Positions 20,012 to 30,813 of a stretch of DNA of 64,000 nt are shown piece after piece. The notes beneath the pieces are model-generated. The model was given only the letters and a program-made list of their open reading frames with translations, had not been told where the DNA came from and ran no database searches. The DNA comes from an uncultured Veillonellaceae bacterium (GTDB lineage Bacteria > Bacillota > Negativicutes > JARBTT01). Each line of letters opens with the position of its first letter. Positions within the stretch are counted from its first letter, which is position 1. Both the position numbers and the translations under genes were made by a program. The DNA lies in the NCBI GenBank assembly GCA_963805085.1, contig CAWDTA010000005.1:192001-256000 (forward strand). The letters run 5' to 3'.

Positions 20012-21410
20012 ATGTTAGAGAAAGTCAAATGTTATTGTGATCGAAATGGCTTGATCACAATAGGTGATACAATTTTAATTGCTTGTTCGGGTGGTCCTGA
20101 TTCGTTAGCATTGGTAGATATATTACTTAAATTACAAAAGGTGTATCAATTAAAGCTAGCGGTTGCACATTTTGATCATATGTTTCGTGGTGCAGAGTCA
20201 AAGTCTGATGCTGAATTTGTCGCGGCGTTCTGTCGGGAAAAGAATATCGCTTACTATCAAAAAACGTTTGATGTGCCTGCCTATATAAAAAAGACTGGTT
20301 TTTCACCAGAAGAAGCGGCACGCATTGTACGGTATGAGTTTTTGCGGAGCGTGGCAAAAAAAATAGGTGATGCAAAAATTGCTACAGGACATCATCAGGA
20401 CGATCAAGCAGAAACCGTATTAATTCATTTATTTCGTGGCGCAGGTAGTAGTGGAATTGGTGGAATTCGACCAGTAAGTCGTGGTATAATAAGACCGTTA
20501 TTGTCTGTAACGCGCCAAGAAATTGAAGAATATTGCGAAAATAATCATTTTTCACCGCGAATTGATCGCACAAATTACCAAACGGATTATTTAAGAAATC
20601 GTATTCGATTACAGTTATTGCCTGAATTGATAGAAAACTTTAATCCGGCAATGAAAACTGCACTTTGTAAAAGTGCAGAAATCATTGCGGCCGAGCATGA
20701 TTTTATTCGACAAAGCGTAGAGCGTATCTGGACAGATATTGTTTCTCATGAGGGAGAATCCATTGTTTTTCATAGAGAGAAGTTCAATCAGTTGCATATT
20801 TCACAAAAACGTGAGTTGTTTCGGATGGCAATTGAAAAAAAACAAGGGAATCTTAGAGGAATAAGTTTTAAGCATGTAGAAAAAATGATAGTATTGTCAG
20901 ATAAAGGTTCTGTTGGTACGCAAATCACGTTACCAGGAATTTTAATTTTTAAATGTAACTATCAGCAAATGACGCTTGCGGATTCACAAGCTGGCATAAA
21001 AAAACTTGATTCATTGTATGTGGTGTTAGCGCCTCAAGGTGATACGTATATTCCCGCATTAAAAGCGACAGTGCAAGTAGAATTGACCGATTCTTTTATA
21101 AAACATGCTGATCAAAATAGTCTATTCTTTGATTTTGATCAATTGGTACCACCATTATTTATAAGATATCGCCAAGCTGGCGAATCGTTTTCGTCCGAGT
21201 GGTATGGCGGGTAGTAAAAAGTTAAAAGATTTCTTTATTGATTATAAGCTGGAACGGCAAAAACGTGATATTGTGCCACTACTTTGTGATCAGCAGGGAA
21301 TTCTTTGGGTGATTGGGTATCGTCAAAGTGAATACGGGAAAGCCTCGGAAAAAACAAAAAAGTGTTTGCAAGTTTCAATAAGGAAAGATGAAAAGTCAAA
21401 AGGAGTATAG
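20012..21410 (+). CDS. tilS: tRNA(Ile)-lysidine synthetase, split by a +1 frameshift near 21183
   Basis: SGGPDS PP-loop, [14 protein letters not shown] in 20012..21214; C-terminal [10 protein letters not shown] in 21204..21410; deleting one A at 21183-21184 fuses them. Confidence 0.9.
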
Positions 21411-21416
21411 GTTGTA

Positions 21417-21953
21417 ATGATTAATGATATAGAAAAAGTTTTTTTTAGTGAAGAAGAAATAGCTAAATGTGTAAAAGAATTGGGAAAAAAAATCACCGAA
21501 GACTACGCAGGCAAAGAGATTACGTTAGTATGTATTTTAAAAGGGTCGATGATTTTTACGGCAGATTTAGCACGTCAAATCAAAATACCGGCAGCGATTG
21601 ATTTTATGGTAGCATCTAGCTATGGTACGGGTACATCTACAAGTGGTAATGTACGTATTTTAAAAGATTTAGATCATAGCATTGAGGGCAAACATGTTAT
21701 CGTTGTAGAAGATATTATTGATTCAGGAGTTACTTTGAACTATTTATTGAAAAATTTATCTGATCGTAATCCAGAAAGTTTAAAATTATGTACGCTTCTT
21801 AGTAAACCAGAGCGTCGTAAGGTAGAAGTTTCTGTTGATTATATCGGTAAAATCGTACCAGATTATTTTCTAGTTGGTTATGGATTAGATTATGCAGAAA
21901 AATATCGCAATTTACCATTCATTGGAATCTTAAAATCATCAGTTTATGAGTAA
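21417..21953 (+). CDS. hpt: hypoxanthine phosphoribosyltransferase
   Basis: VEDIIDSGVTL PRPP motif, GYGLDYAEKYRNLP. Confidence 0.96.
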   Translation: MINDIEKVFFSEEEIAKCVKELGKKITEDYAGKEITLVCILKGSMIFTADLARQIKIPAAIDFMVASSYGTGTSTSGNVRILKDLDHSIEGKHVIVVEDIIDSGVTLNYLLKNLSDRNPESLKLCTLLSKPERRKVEVSVDYIGKIVPDYFLVGYGLDYAEKYRNLPFIGILKSSVYE

Positions 21954-22061
21954 TAAGATTTATTGTTAATGATAGCATAAAATCGTAGCTTAACAGTTAT
22001 AATGTTAATGATAAAAAGTGTTGATAGAGTGTTTTTAAAAAAAACACAACCATAAAATTCA

Positions 22062-22181
22062 AGAGACTGTTACAAGATGCCCAAATGCTAGGCGCGACGA
22101 GAATGCGAGCGAGGGCGTACGTGTAGTACGTTGAGCGAGTGCTCGCAGGAGCCGCAGATGGGTATTTTGTAACAAGTCTCT
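22062..22181. mobile_element. MITE-like structured insert with imperfect terminal inverted repeats
   Basis: AGAGACT-GTTACAAGATGCCCA ... TGGGTATTTTGTAACAAGTCTCT; GC-rich internal nested hairpin; no ORF support. Confidence 0.65.
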
Positions 22182-22296
22182 AATATTTAAGCGATATCGT
22201 GTTGCTGTGATTGTTAAATGCAATTTTTGATGATATAATAGTTTCCTATGGAGACTTATATTTACTATGTGTTCCACGGAGAGGGAGGGCGACTGA

Positions 22297-24252
22297 TTGA
22301 ACAAGTTTTTACGAAATGTAGGCTTCTACTTATTGATTATATTGATAGCAATTTCTGTTATTGATTACTTTTCAACGAGAAGCAATACAAAGCAAGAGAT
22401 AAATTACACCGAGTTCTTGCGTCAGGTAGATATGCAAGGTGTAGAAAAAGTAACGATTGTTGATAATGTGATTAAAGGTACCTTAACAGATGGTACAGAG
22501 TTTATGACTGTGACACCTGATGATCCAACATTAATTGGTACTCTTAGAGATAAAGGTGTAAATATTAAGGCAGAAAAAACTCCTGAACCACCATGGTGGA
22601 CGACAATTTTCTCCTCAGTTTTACCAATGGTTCTTTTGATTGGTGTGTGGTTTTTTATCATGCAACAATCGCAAGGCGGTGGCAATCGTGTCATGTCATT
22701 TGGTAAAAGTCGTGCGAAGTTAAATAATGATGATAAAGTCAAAGTGTCTTTTAAAGATGTAGCTGGTGCAGATGAAGCCAAGCAAGAACTCGAAGAAGTA
22801 GTAGAATTTTTAAAACATCCTAAAAAATTCAATGACTTAGGTGCGCGTATTCCAAAAGGCGTATTGTTATATGGCCCACCGGGTACAGGGAAGACTTTGC
22901 TTGCCAAAGCTGTTGCTGGTGAAGCTGGTGTACCGTTTTTTAGTATCAGTGGTTCTGATTTCGTAGAAATGTTTGTTGGTGTTGGTGCATCGCGTGTGCG
23001 TGATTTGTTTGAACAAGCGAAGAAAAATGCGCCTTGTATCGTATTTATCGATGAAATTGATGCAGTAGGGCGTCAACGTGGTGCTGGTGTTGGTGGCGGT
23101 CATGATGAACGCGAACAAACACTGAACCAGTTGCTTGTGGAAATGGATGGTTTCGCGGCAAATGAAGGGATTATTATTATTGCAGCGACCAATCGCCCAG
23201 ATATATTAGATCCAGCACTTTTAAGACCTGGTCGTTTCGATCGACAAATTGTTGTCGATAAGCCAGACGTAAAAGGCCGTAATGCAATTCTTCAAGTTCA
23301 CACCAAAGGTAAGCCGGTTGCGGAAGATGCGAATCTTGATATTTTAGCAAGACGTACACCTGGATTTACTGGAGCTGATTTAAGTAATTTGGTAAATGAA
23401 GCTGCTTTACTTTCCGCGCGTCGTAATAAGAAAAAAATTGCGATGGCTGAACTAGAGGAATCAATAGAACGTGTTATGGCAGGTCCGGAACGAAAGAGCA
23501 AGGTAATGAGTGATAAAGAAAAACGTCTTACAGCCTATCATGAAGCTGGTCATACGCTAGTTGGGATGCTCATTCCACATGCAGATCCCGTGCATAAAGT
23601 TACAATTATTCCACGTGGCCGTGCTGGTGGGTATACCTTGATGTTACCAACAGAAGATCGTTCTTATGCTACCAGAAGTGAATTGTTAGCACAATTGAAA
23701 GTTGCTCTTGGTGGTCGTGTTGCTGAGGAAGTTGTGTTAAACGAAATTAGTACTGGTGCGCAAAGTGATATTCAAAGAGCTTCCAGCTTAGTTCGTGGCA
23801 TGATCACAGAATATGGTATGAGTGAAGTTCTTGGACCAATTGCTTTTGGTAAAGGTCATGGTCATCAAGTGTTCTTAGGGAGAGATATTAATAGCGAGAA
23901 AAATTATAGTGAAGAAGTGGCTTGTGAAATAGATAAAGAAGTAAGCAAGTATATTAAGACTTCCTATGATGAATGTCGTGATTTATTAACTGCAAACATT
24001 GATAAGTTGCATTTAATTGCTAAAGAGTTATTAGAACGTGAAACATTAGAAGCTGCTGAGTTAAAGCAATTAATGGAAGTTGGTCGCATTGAAGAAAAAA
24101 GTAAAGCGAAATTGGAAGCAAAAGTAGAAACTGCTGATAGTGAAGAAACATCGGAAGTTATGGCTCCAGTCAATAATGCCATTGATATTACGATCAGTAG
24201 TGATGCCGATAATACAAACGGTCCTAAAATTAATTATATTACAAGAAAATAA
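22297..24252 (+). CDS. ftsH: ATP-dependent zinc metalloprotease FtsH
   Basis: [24 protein letters not shown]. Confidence 0.98.
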   Translation: MNKFLRNVGFYLLIILIAISVIDYFSTRSNTKQEINYTEFLRQVDMQGVEKVTIVDNVIKGTLTDGTEFMTVTPDDPTLIGTLRDKGVNIKAEKTPEPPWWTTIFSSVLPMVLLIGVWFFIMQQSQGGGNRVMSFGKSRAKLNNDDKVKVSFKDVAGADEAKQELEEVVEFLKHPKKFNDLGARIPKGVLLYGPPGTGKTLLAKAVAGEAGVPFFSISGSDFVEMFVGVGASRVRDLFEQAKKNAPCIVFIDEIDAVGRQRGAGVGGGHDEREQTLNQLLVEMDGFAANEGIIIIAATNRPDILDPALLRPGRFDRQIVVDKPDVKGRNAILQVHTKGKPVAEDANLDILARRTPGFTGADLSNLVNEAALLSARRNKKKIAMAELEESIERVMAGPERKSKVMSDKEKRLTAYHEAGHTLVGMLIPHADPVHKVTIIPRGRAGGYTLMLPTEDRSYATRSELLAQLKVALGGRVAEEVVLNEISTGAQSDIQRASSLVRGMITEYGMSEVLGPIAFGKGHGHQVFLGRDINSEKNYSEEVACEIDKEVSKYIKTSYDECRDLLTANIDKLHLIAKELLERETLEAAELKQLMEVGRIEEKSKAKLEAKVETADSEETSEVMAPVNNAIDITISSDADNTNGPKINYITRK

Positions 24253-24300
24253 GATAAGTAAAAAGTCTGTGATTAGGTTCTTTTACTTTGAAGATTAAAC

Positions 24301-24338
24301 AAAATGGTACTTTGCGTTAAGCGCAAAGTACCATTTTT
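24301..24338 (+). terminator. intrinsic terminator
   Basis: AAAATGGTACTTTGCG / CGCAAAGTACCATTTT. Confidence 0.85.
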
Positions 24339-24557
24339 GATATATATGTCCTAGGTACATAAAATGAATATTTAGTAGAAATTCAACGATAATAGCAGCA
24401 TGTGTATTATTCCAAATGCTACAATATAGAACAAATTACCTAGGTTATTTTGCAGGAAAGTATTGGATATTGTCGAATTCATTTATTAGTTATAGTAAAA
24501 AAATTACGCATTTAATATTTTAAAATAATGAATTGGAAAATAAAAGGAGTTTTTAAA

Positions 24558-26279
24558 ATGAATTGGTTAAATGATTTAAAAGTAGGACAAAAATTAATTG
24601 TATTAATTGTGGTATTTATTATTGGCCTTGTTGGTGTTGGGATGACGGGGTTCTATTATTTAAATAAAACAAGTAATGACATGGATAAAATGTATTCGGA
24701 AAAACTAATCGCTGTTGAATTAATGAGTGAAAATCGTATTGAAGCAGCTAAGATTGAAAGTGATTTTTTTGCTTTAATGGTTAGTGTGGATGAAAAGGAA
24801 AATCAAAGATTAAATGAGGATCTAACGAAGAGAGCAAAGCTTTTTGATGAGAATCTCACGCAGTATGAAAAATTCCCATTAGATGCTGGTTCAAAAGAAA
24901 ATGTGAAAACATTACGAGATAATCTAGGACAATATCGTCAAATTAGAGTAAAAGTTCTGAATTTAGCAATGCAAAATAAAAATGTTGAAGCTTATGAGTT
25001 ATACATGAAAGAGGCAAAACCACTAGCAGAGAAGTTTACAAAAAATTTAATTGATATGACCGATCATGCAAAAAAAGCAGCGGAAGATATGAATGTGCAG
25101 AGTGAGAAAAGTGTTGCAGATGCGATTATGATTTTCATTGCTATTATTTTAGTTTCAATTATTATTGGTACGTTACTTGGTTGGACTATTATGAAGCGCA
25201 TTACCACCCGCTTAACTCAAGCAGTCAATTTTCTAGGTGAAATTGCCGAGGGCGATTTTTCTGGGAATGTTCCTGATGAAAGCATGCATGATAAAAGTGA
25301 ATTTGGGACATTGTCACAAGCTGTTGATAAAATGAATAAAAATATTAGAGCTCTCATTAAACAAATGTCTAATACCTCCGAACAATTAGCATCGGCATCA
25401 GAGGAGTTAACGGCAAGTGCTGAGCAATCCGCACAGGCAGCAAATCAAGTCGCTGGTTCTATTACAGAGGTTGCCAGTGGAGCAGAAAATCAACTTCGGT
25501 TGGCTAATTCGGCAAATGATATTGTGGAGCAAATGTCTAAAGGAATTGGTCAAGTTGCAGAAAATACAATGGTGGTTTCGAATTCAGCAGAGCAAACTGC
25601 GGTTTCCGCTAATGATGGTGAAAAAGCAGTAGAAAAAGCAGTGAAACAAATGCAGGTTATTGAACAAAAAACGAATGCGACGGCTAATGTTATCGGTGAA
25701 TTAGAGGAAAAATCAAAAGAAATTGGACAAATTGTTGAAGTGATTGCGAGCATTGCAGCGCAGACGAATTTATTGGCATTAAATGCTGCGATTGAAGCGG
25801 CAAGAGCTGGTGAAGCTGGCCGAGGATTTGCTGTCGTGGCTGAAGAAGTTCGTAAGCTTGCGGAACAATCTGAGAACGCAGCAAAGCAAATAACAGATTT
25901 AATTAGCCAGGTACAAGATAAGACCAATAGTGCAGTTTCCTTTATGAAGGAAGGAAAAAAAGAAGTGGATACGGGTGCTGAAGTCGTTAATGTAGCAGGA
26001 CAGAGTTTCGGTGAAATCTTGGATATGATTCGAAAAATCTCCGATCAAATTCATGAAATATCTGCGGCTAGTGAGCAAATTACAAGTGGAACCAATGATG
26101 TTGTTGTTGCTGTACAGAATATCAATAATGAAAACAAGAAGGCGGCAGAGCAGACACAAACAATTTCAGCGGCTACAGAAGAACAATCTGCATCTATGGA
26201 AGAAATTGCATCATCGAGTCAACATTTGGCTAAGATGGCAGAAGATTTGCAAGGAGCCATTAGAAAATTTAAAGTTTAA
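24558..26279 (+). CDS. methyl-accepting chemotaxis protein (4HB sensor)
   Basis: Canonical [24 protein letters not shown]; AAGGAG RBS before ATG 24558. Confidence 0.93.
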   Translation: MNWLNDLKVGQKLIVLIVVFIIGLVGVGMTGFYYLNKTSNDMDKMYSEKLIAVELMSENRIEAAKIESDFFALMVSVDEKENQRLNEDLTKRAKLFDENLTQYEKFPLDAGSKENVKTLRDNLGQYRQIRVKVLNLAMQNKNVEAYELYMKEAKPLAEKFTKNLIDMTDHAKKAAEDMNVQSEKSVADAIMIFIAIILVSIIIGTLLGWTIMKRITTRLTQAVNFLGEIAEGDFSGNVPDESMHDKSEFGTLSQAVDKMNKNIRALIKQMSNTSEQLASASEELTASAEQSAQAANQVAGSITEVASGAENQLRLANSANDIVEQMSKGIGQVAENTMVVSNSAEQTAVSANDGEKAVEKAVKQMQVIEQKTNATANVIGELEEKSKEIGQIVEVIASIAAQTNLLALNAAIEAARAGEAGRGFAVVAEEVRKLAEQSENAAKQITDLISQVQDKTNSAVSFMKEGKKEVDTGAEVVNVAGQSFGEILDMIRKISDQIHEISAASEQITSGTNDVVVAVQNINNENKKAAEQTQTISAATEEQSASMEEIASSSQHLAKMAEDLQGAIRKFKV

Positions 26280-26497
26280 TATCAATTAATATACGGAATT
26301 TATAGGAAAACAAGATAGTAATGCGCAAGAATTTCCTTATCGAATGCTTGTGGATTTTTATTGAAAAATATTTAATATCTTTTATAATAAAATTAGCGAG
26401 TTTTTGAAAAAAATATGGTGAATTGATTTACTGTGATGACAAATATAAAAGTTTAGTTGGGAAATACTAAGATGATTTAGAAAGTATAGGTGATCAA

Positions 26498-27493
26498 ATG
26501 AGTGAAATATTGCTGAATTATACACGGGCGGGAAAGATAGAAAGTGTCCATCGTGGTGACATCGTTGCTGTAGATAATAAAGGGAAGATTATTGATTGTG
26601 TTGGTGAAGCATATAAAAAAATGTTTTGGCGTTCAGCAGCAAAACCATTTCAAGCATTACCATTTGTTGAAAAAAATGGTTTGGAAAAATACGGAATAAC
26701 ACAAAAAGAATTGGCATTACTCGTATCTTCCCACAGCGGTGAGCCAATGCATGTTGACTTAGTGAAGAGTGTACTTGGCAAAATCAATTTAGATGTGAGT
26801 GTCCTTGATTGTGGTCCTAGCAGACCAATGAGTAGTAAAGCAGCAAAGGTGTTAACGGAGAACAAACAGAAACCAGAAGCTGTACATAATGCTTGTTCTG
26901 GTAAGCACTCTGGTATGCTTGCACTCTGTCAAATGCTTGGAATTCCTATTGAAGGGTATACGAAACCAGATCATGAAGTGCAGAGGCAAATGCATCAATC
27001 TGTGGCGCATAGCGCAAACATAAGTCCAGATGAACTTGAAATCGGTATCGATGGCTGTGGTGTTCCCGTATTTTATTTACCGCTTTATCATATGTCGCTT
27101 GCTTATGCAAGACTGTCTAACCCCGAGGCTGGTAATTGGGGACGCTATGAAACAGCAGCAACGACCATTCGTGATGCGATGATTGCTTATCCAGAGATAC
27201 TTGGTGGGACTGGTAGAATTGATACGATTGTAGCTAATATAACGAAGGGGCGCATCATTGCCAAAATTGGTGCAGAGGCAGTATATTGCTTGGCCTCGGT
27301 TGCTGCTGGTGTTGGTATTACATTTAAAATTGAAGATGGTAGCTATAGAGCGATTAATCCAACTGTCATCGGGGTATTAAAACGCTTGGATTTAATTAGT
27401 AAATCAGAATATGAGCAGCTTGTTGAAAAATTTCCGCCAATTCTAAAAAATCATCGTGGTGATGTGATTGGTACAATTGAAACAATTTTTTAG
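26498..27493 (+). CDS. L-asparaginase, class 3 (Rhizobium AnsA-type)
   Basis: RSAAKPFQ, SHSGE, NACSGKH, DGCGVP, AKIGAE, KIEDG. Confidence 0.85.
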   Translation: MSEILLNYTRAGKIESVHRGDIVAVDNKGKIIDCVGEAYKKMFWRSAAKPFQALPFVEKNGLEKYGITQKELALLVSSHSGEPMHVDLVKSVLGKINLDVSVLDCGPSRPMSSKAAKVLTENKQKPEAVHNACSGKHSGMLALCQMLGIPIEGYTKPDHEVQRQMHQSVAHSANISPDELEIGIDGCGVPVFYLPLYHMSLAYARLSNPEAGNWGRYETAATTIRDAMIAYPEILGGTGRIDTIVANITKGRIIAKIGAEAVYCLASVAAGVGITFKIEDGSYRAINPTVIGVLKRLDLISKSEYEQLVEKFPPILKNHRGDVIGTIETIF

Positions 27494-27500
27494 TACAACG

Positions 27501-27575
27501 AAAAGATACACATAGAAAAAAATACCTCGTAAGTGAAACAATCACTTACGAGGTATTCTTCTATGTGTATCTTTT
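27501..27575. terminator. 75-bp long-stem inverted repeat between convergent genes
   Basis: AAAAGATACACATAGAA..AATACCTCGTAAGTGA / TCACTTACGAGGTATT.TTCTATGTGTATCTTTT. Confidence 0.85.
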
Positions 27576-28351
27576 TATTGAGGAGTTGGTTCATTGTTAG
27601 GAGCCATTTGGGTCATATTGCCGTCTACTCGGCAATGCTTAAATTCTAGACCGTCACCATGATGACCATGATTTTTCCAAGGAAGACATTTTCTTACAGA
27701 ATCTTGGTATTGGTTGTAATCTTCATCGCTTATACCAAGTGCAGTAGCGACATCTGACCAACGATTGTTGATTTTTTTCATATTGAGTATTTCATCAGTG
27801 GTTTTATCGGTGTGCTTTGATAGTGTAACGGCCATGGCAGTATCACGTGGATGGTAGCCTTGAGATAAGAAAGAGTTTATTACATCTGAATTAACTCCAA
27901 GAGTAGTTGCCATTTTCTTACTCATCATAGTTTGCAATACAGTGTGAATTTTTTCTTTGGTTACACCAAAGGATTCGCCAACGTCTTTCCAATCATTTGT
28001 CATTGTTTTAGCATTTAAAATATCGCTGATTGGTTTTTCACTTGCATAAGCAATGAGGGCAGCGTTATGTAAATCATGCATTTTCCAGCCTTGCTTATTA
28101 TAATCTAGAATCACTTGTTTATCGATACCAAAAGAGTCTTGAATGTTTTGTGCCATGACTTCAGGATTGAAATTAGGTCTTTGATATTGCTCGTGGTGTT
28201 GAACTTGCTGTGTTGCAGCAATAGCTACTGACTGTGGCATCTGGGTTATGCCAATGCCTGTTACAATGAAAGCGCCAGCAAGTGCTAAAACAATAGCTTT
28301 TTTCGCTAGAACCTTGGATTTGAATGATTGTAATTGATTTTCTAAGTTCAT
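27575..28351 (-). CDS. secreted hypothetical protein with a two-fold internal helical repeat
   Basis: GGAGG RBS before ATG 28351; signal peptide; two ~70-aa repeats; HGHHG near C-terminus. Confidence 0.8.
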   Translation of the reverse strand: MNLENQLQSFKSKVLAKKAIVLALAGAFIVTGIGITQMPQSVAIAATQQVQHHEQYQRPNFNPEVMAQNIQDSFGIDKQVILDYNKQGWKMHDLHNAALIAYASEKPISDILNAKTMTNDWKDVGESFGVTKEKIHTVLQTMMSKKMATTLGVNSDVINSFLSQGYHPRDTAMAVTLSKHTDKTTDEILNMKKINNRWSDVATALGISDEDYNQYQDSVRKCLPWKNHGHHGDGLEFKHCRVDGNMTQMAPNNEPTPQ

Positions 28352-28408
28352 GAAAAAAACCTCCATTATATATAGTTTTAACTCACAGCTGTTTGAGTTG
28401 TTAACTTT

Positions 28409-28441
28409 AGTATAATAGGATTTTGTGACAGCAATATGACA
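28409..28441 (-). promoter_or_regulatory. OmpR/PhoB-type direct repeat plus -10
   Basis: Minus strand TGTCAT-N5-TGTCAC-N10-TATACT. Confidence 0.7.
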
Positions 28442-28457
28442 AGAATAAGAAATTGTA

Positions 28458-29918
28458 TTAACTCTTGGGCAAGGTTAGCAAAAAAGTTGTCTTCGTATAG
28501 GGAATACTTGTAACTGTAATTGTACCTGCCATACCTTCGACTAACTGTTGGGTAATCGCCAGCCCGAGTCCCGTTCCTCCTTCACTACGAGAGCGAGCTC
28601 TGTCTACGCGGTAGAAACGATCCCAAATGAAGGGCAAATGTTCGGCAGGAATACCTTCGCCGTGATCAATCACTGCAATTGTAATGGTATTCATATAGTC
28701 GACTAATTTTATTGTAATAATTGCATCCTTTAAAGAATGGCGAATCGCATTACTGATAAGATTTGTGAGGATTTGTTCAAGGCGATTGGGGTCGGTATGC
28801 ATTGTCTTGAGTTCTGGTGGGGAATCAATGATTAAAGAAAGATTTTTCGTGCGCAGTAAGGGCGTATATTTTTCCTTCATACTTGTAAAGAAGTCCAAAA
28901 GGTCAATGGTCTGATAGTGAAAACTAAGTTGTCCAGATTCAAGTTTTTCTAAATTCAAAAGTTCACTGATCAGATGATTCATATGGGTGGTTTCATCTAA
29001 AATGGTATTTAGGTAACGATCACGTTTTTCAGCAGTATTAGCAAGTCCGTCAAGTATCGTTTCTGTTAAGGCTTGGATTGCCGCAATTGGTGTTTTTAGT
29101 TCATGGGTAACAGTAGAAAAAAATTCTCGCCTATTTTTTTCAATGCTTTCTAGAGCATTTGCCATGGTATTGAAGGTTTGTCCCAATTTGCCGATTTCGT
29201 CAGTACCTCTAGCTGTTGTGCGACTAGCATAATTGCCATTGGCAAAAGATTGCGCGGCACTACTGATATTGCTGATTGGTTTGGTGAGATTGCGTGATAA
29301 GAAAAAGGCAAAAATCGCTGCCAATGCAAACGAAGCGATAATTGAATAAAACAGTAAATTCTGAATCGCATTTGCTGTTTTTGTAATTCCAAAAATTGGT
29401 GTGTATAAAAATAAAGCAGATTGGTTGGTTGGCGGAAATGGTATTGCTACAACGATGGAAGGATCATCTTCGTCTCGTGCTTTTCGTATCCATGATCTTG
29501 GTTCACCATTTAGTAAATCGTTAGCTATATTGATATTACCCATACGAGGAGATGCAATAGCTGAGTCAGGAGATCCATTCCTATGTTGTTCTTGATTTTT
29601 TTCTTTGTTTTTTTCAAAGCGACGATGCCAATTTGATGGTGCATTACCAATGATCGTATTTTCTTCGGTAACGATCCACATTTTAGCACCAGATAGTTCA
29701 CTAGTTATATCAAGCATTTGGGGAAGTCTGTTTTGCTGATCGAGCATGCTTTCTAAAATTTTGGTTGCGACAATCCCTTCACGAATCAACTCAGTACGTT
29801 TCGCTTCAATGAGATATTCCGTAACGAGATGGGATAATACAATGCCGATGCTAGCGGTAATAATCATAGTAATAATAATATGCGAAGTGAATATTTTGCC
29901 AAATAATGAACGTATCAT
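28458..29918 (-). CDS. HAMP-domain sensor histidine kinase
   Basis: HELKTP H-box, NLISNAIRH, DHGEGI, RFYRVD, GTGLGL. Confidence 0.95.
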   Translation of the reverse strand: MIRSLFGKIFTSHIIITMIITASIGIVLSHLVTEYLIEAKRTELIREGIVATKILESMLDQQNRLPQMLDITSELSGAKMWIVTEENTIIGNAPSNWHRRFEKNKEKNQEQHRNGSPDSAIASPRMGNINIANDLLNGEPRSWIRKARDEDDPSIVVAIPFPPTNQSALFLYTPIFGITKTANAIQNLLFYSIIASFALAAIFAFFLSRNLTKPISNISSAAQSFANGNYASRTTARGTDEIGKLGQTFNTMANALESIEKNRREFFSTVTHELKTPIAAIQALTETILDGLANTAEKRDRYLNTILDETTHMNHLISELLNLEKLESGQLSFHYQTIDLLDFFTSMKEKYTPLLRTKNLSLIIDSPPELKTMHTDPNRLEQILTNLISNAIRHSLKDAIITIKLVDYMNTITIAVIDHGEGIPAEHLPFIWDRFYRVDRARSRSEGGTGLGLAITQQLVEGMAGTITVTSIPYTKTTFLLTLPKS

Positions 29919-30592
29919 CTTGGGCTTACCTCAAAACGATAGCCAAACCCTCTAGTCGTATGAATGTATTGAAATTCTGAGATGTTTAGCTTTTGCCGTA
30001 ACCGCTTAATTGTTGCATCGACAGTTCGATCATCACCGTCAAAGTCGTAACCCCATACATTTGTTAGCAATTGCTCACGGGAAAATGTATTTTTGGGATT
30101 TCTAATGAAAAAGGTAAGCAATTCAAACTCTTTTGGTGATAAAGAAACTAGCTGTTCGTCTATTGTAATTGTTTTGTCCGTAATATTGACGATTAATCCT
30201 TCCACACTTATGGTAGGCGTAATTGTTGCTAATAACCCACTTCTTTTTAAGACCGCTTTCACTCTAGCCACCAATTCGCGAGGACTAAATGGTTTTGTAA
30301 TATAATCATCTGCTCCCAGAGAAAACCCGATAATTTTATCATTTTCAGCAGATTTTGCAGTTAGAAAGATTTTTGGCACATTGCGCTCAATTGACTGACA
30401 AATTTCGAGTCCAGAAATTTTTGGTAACATAATGTCGAGTAACAATAAATCTGGACGTTCTTCGCACTCGATTTCCATGGCTTCATCGCCATCTTTTGCA
30501 GTGAAAACAGTAAAGCCTTCTTTTTCTAAATACAGTGCAACAACTTCACGAATCGTTGCCTCGTCGTCGGCGATGAGAATTTTCATCGGCAT
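29915..30592 (-). CDS. OmpR/PhoB-family response regulator
   Basis: Receiver DD/D/K; wHTH RTVDATIKRLRQKL, RGFGY. Confidence 0.95.
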   Translation of the reverse strand: MPMKILIADDEATIREVVALYLEKEGFTVFTAKDGDEAMEIECEERPDLLLLDIMLPKISGLEICQSIERNVPKIFLTAKSAENDKIIGFSLGADDYITKPFSPRELVARVKAVLKRSGLLATITPTISVEGLIVNITDKTITIDEQLVSLSPKEFELLTFFIRNPKNTFSREQLLTNVWGYDFDGDDRTVDATIKRLRQKLNISEFQYIHTTRGFGYRFEVSPR

Positions 30593-30813
30593 GACCTCCT
30601 AACAATTTCATTGTTTCTATTATAATACAAATGCAATCCTTTACTCTACTGAGAAAAATTTTCTATTTTCATTCTAACATAAGTTATTGATAGTCATATA
30701 TGATGAAGCATTAGTAGCTGGTATTAAAAAATGTTTGCTTATCTTAGTGCGATAATGTATTATTAATTTGTTTAAGATTTTTATTCTAGTGCACGCTAGG
30801 GGGGAAATACAAA

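Noticed and set aside
22059-22304. 81-aa minus-strand ORF across the hpt-ftsH spacer
   Set aside because: Open only because of the GC-rich inverted-repeat element; no RBS or recognisable domain.
24471-24477. Single perfect Spo0A box TGTCGAA upstream of the second MCP
   Set aside because: One 7-mer is expected by chance in 64 kb; no supporting second site.
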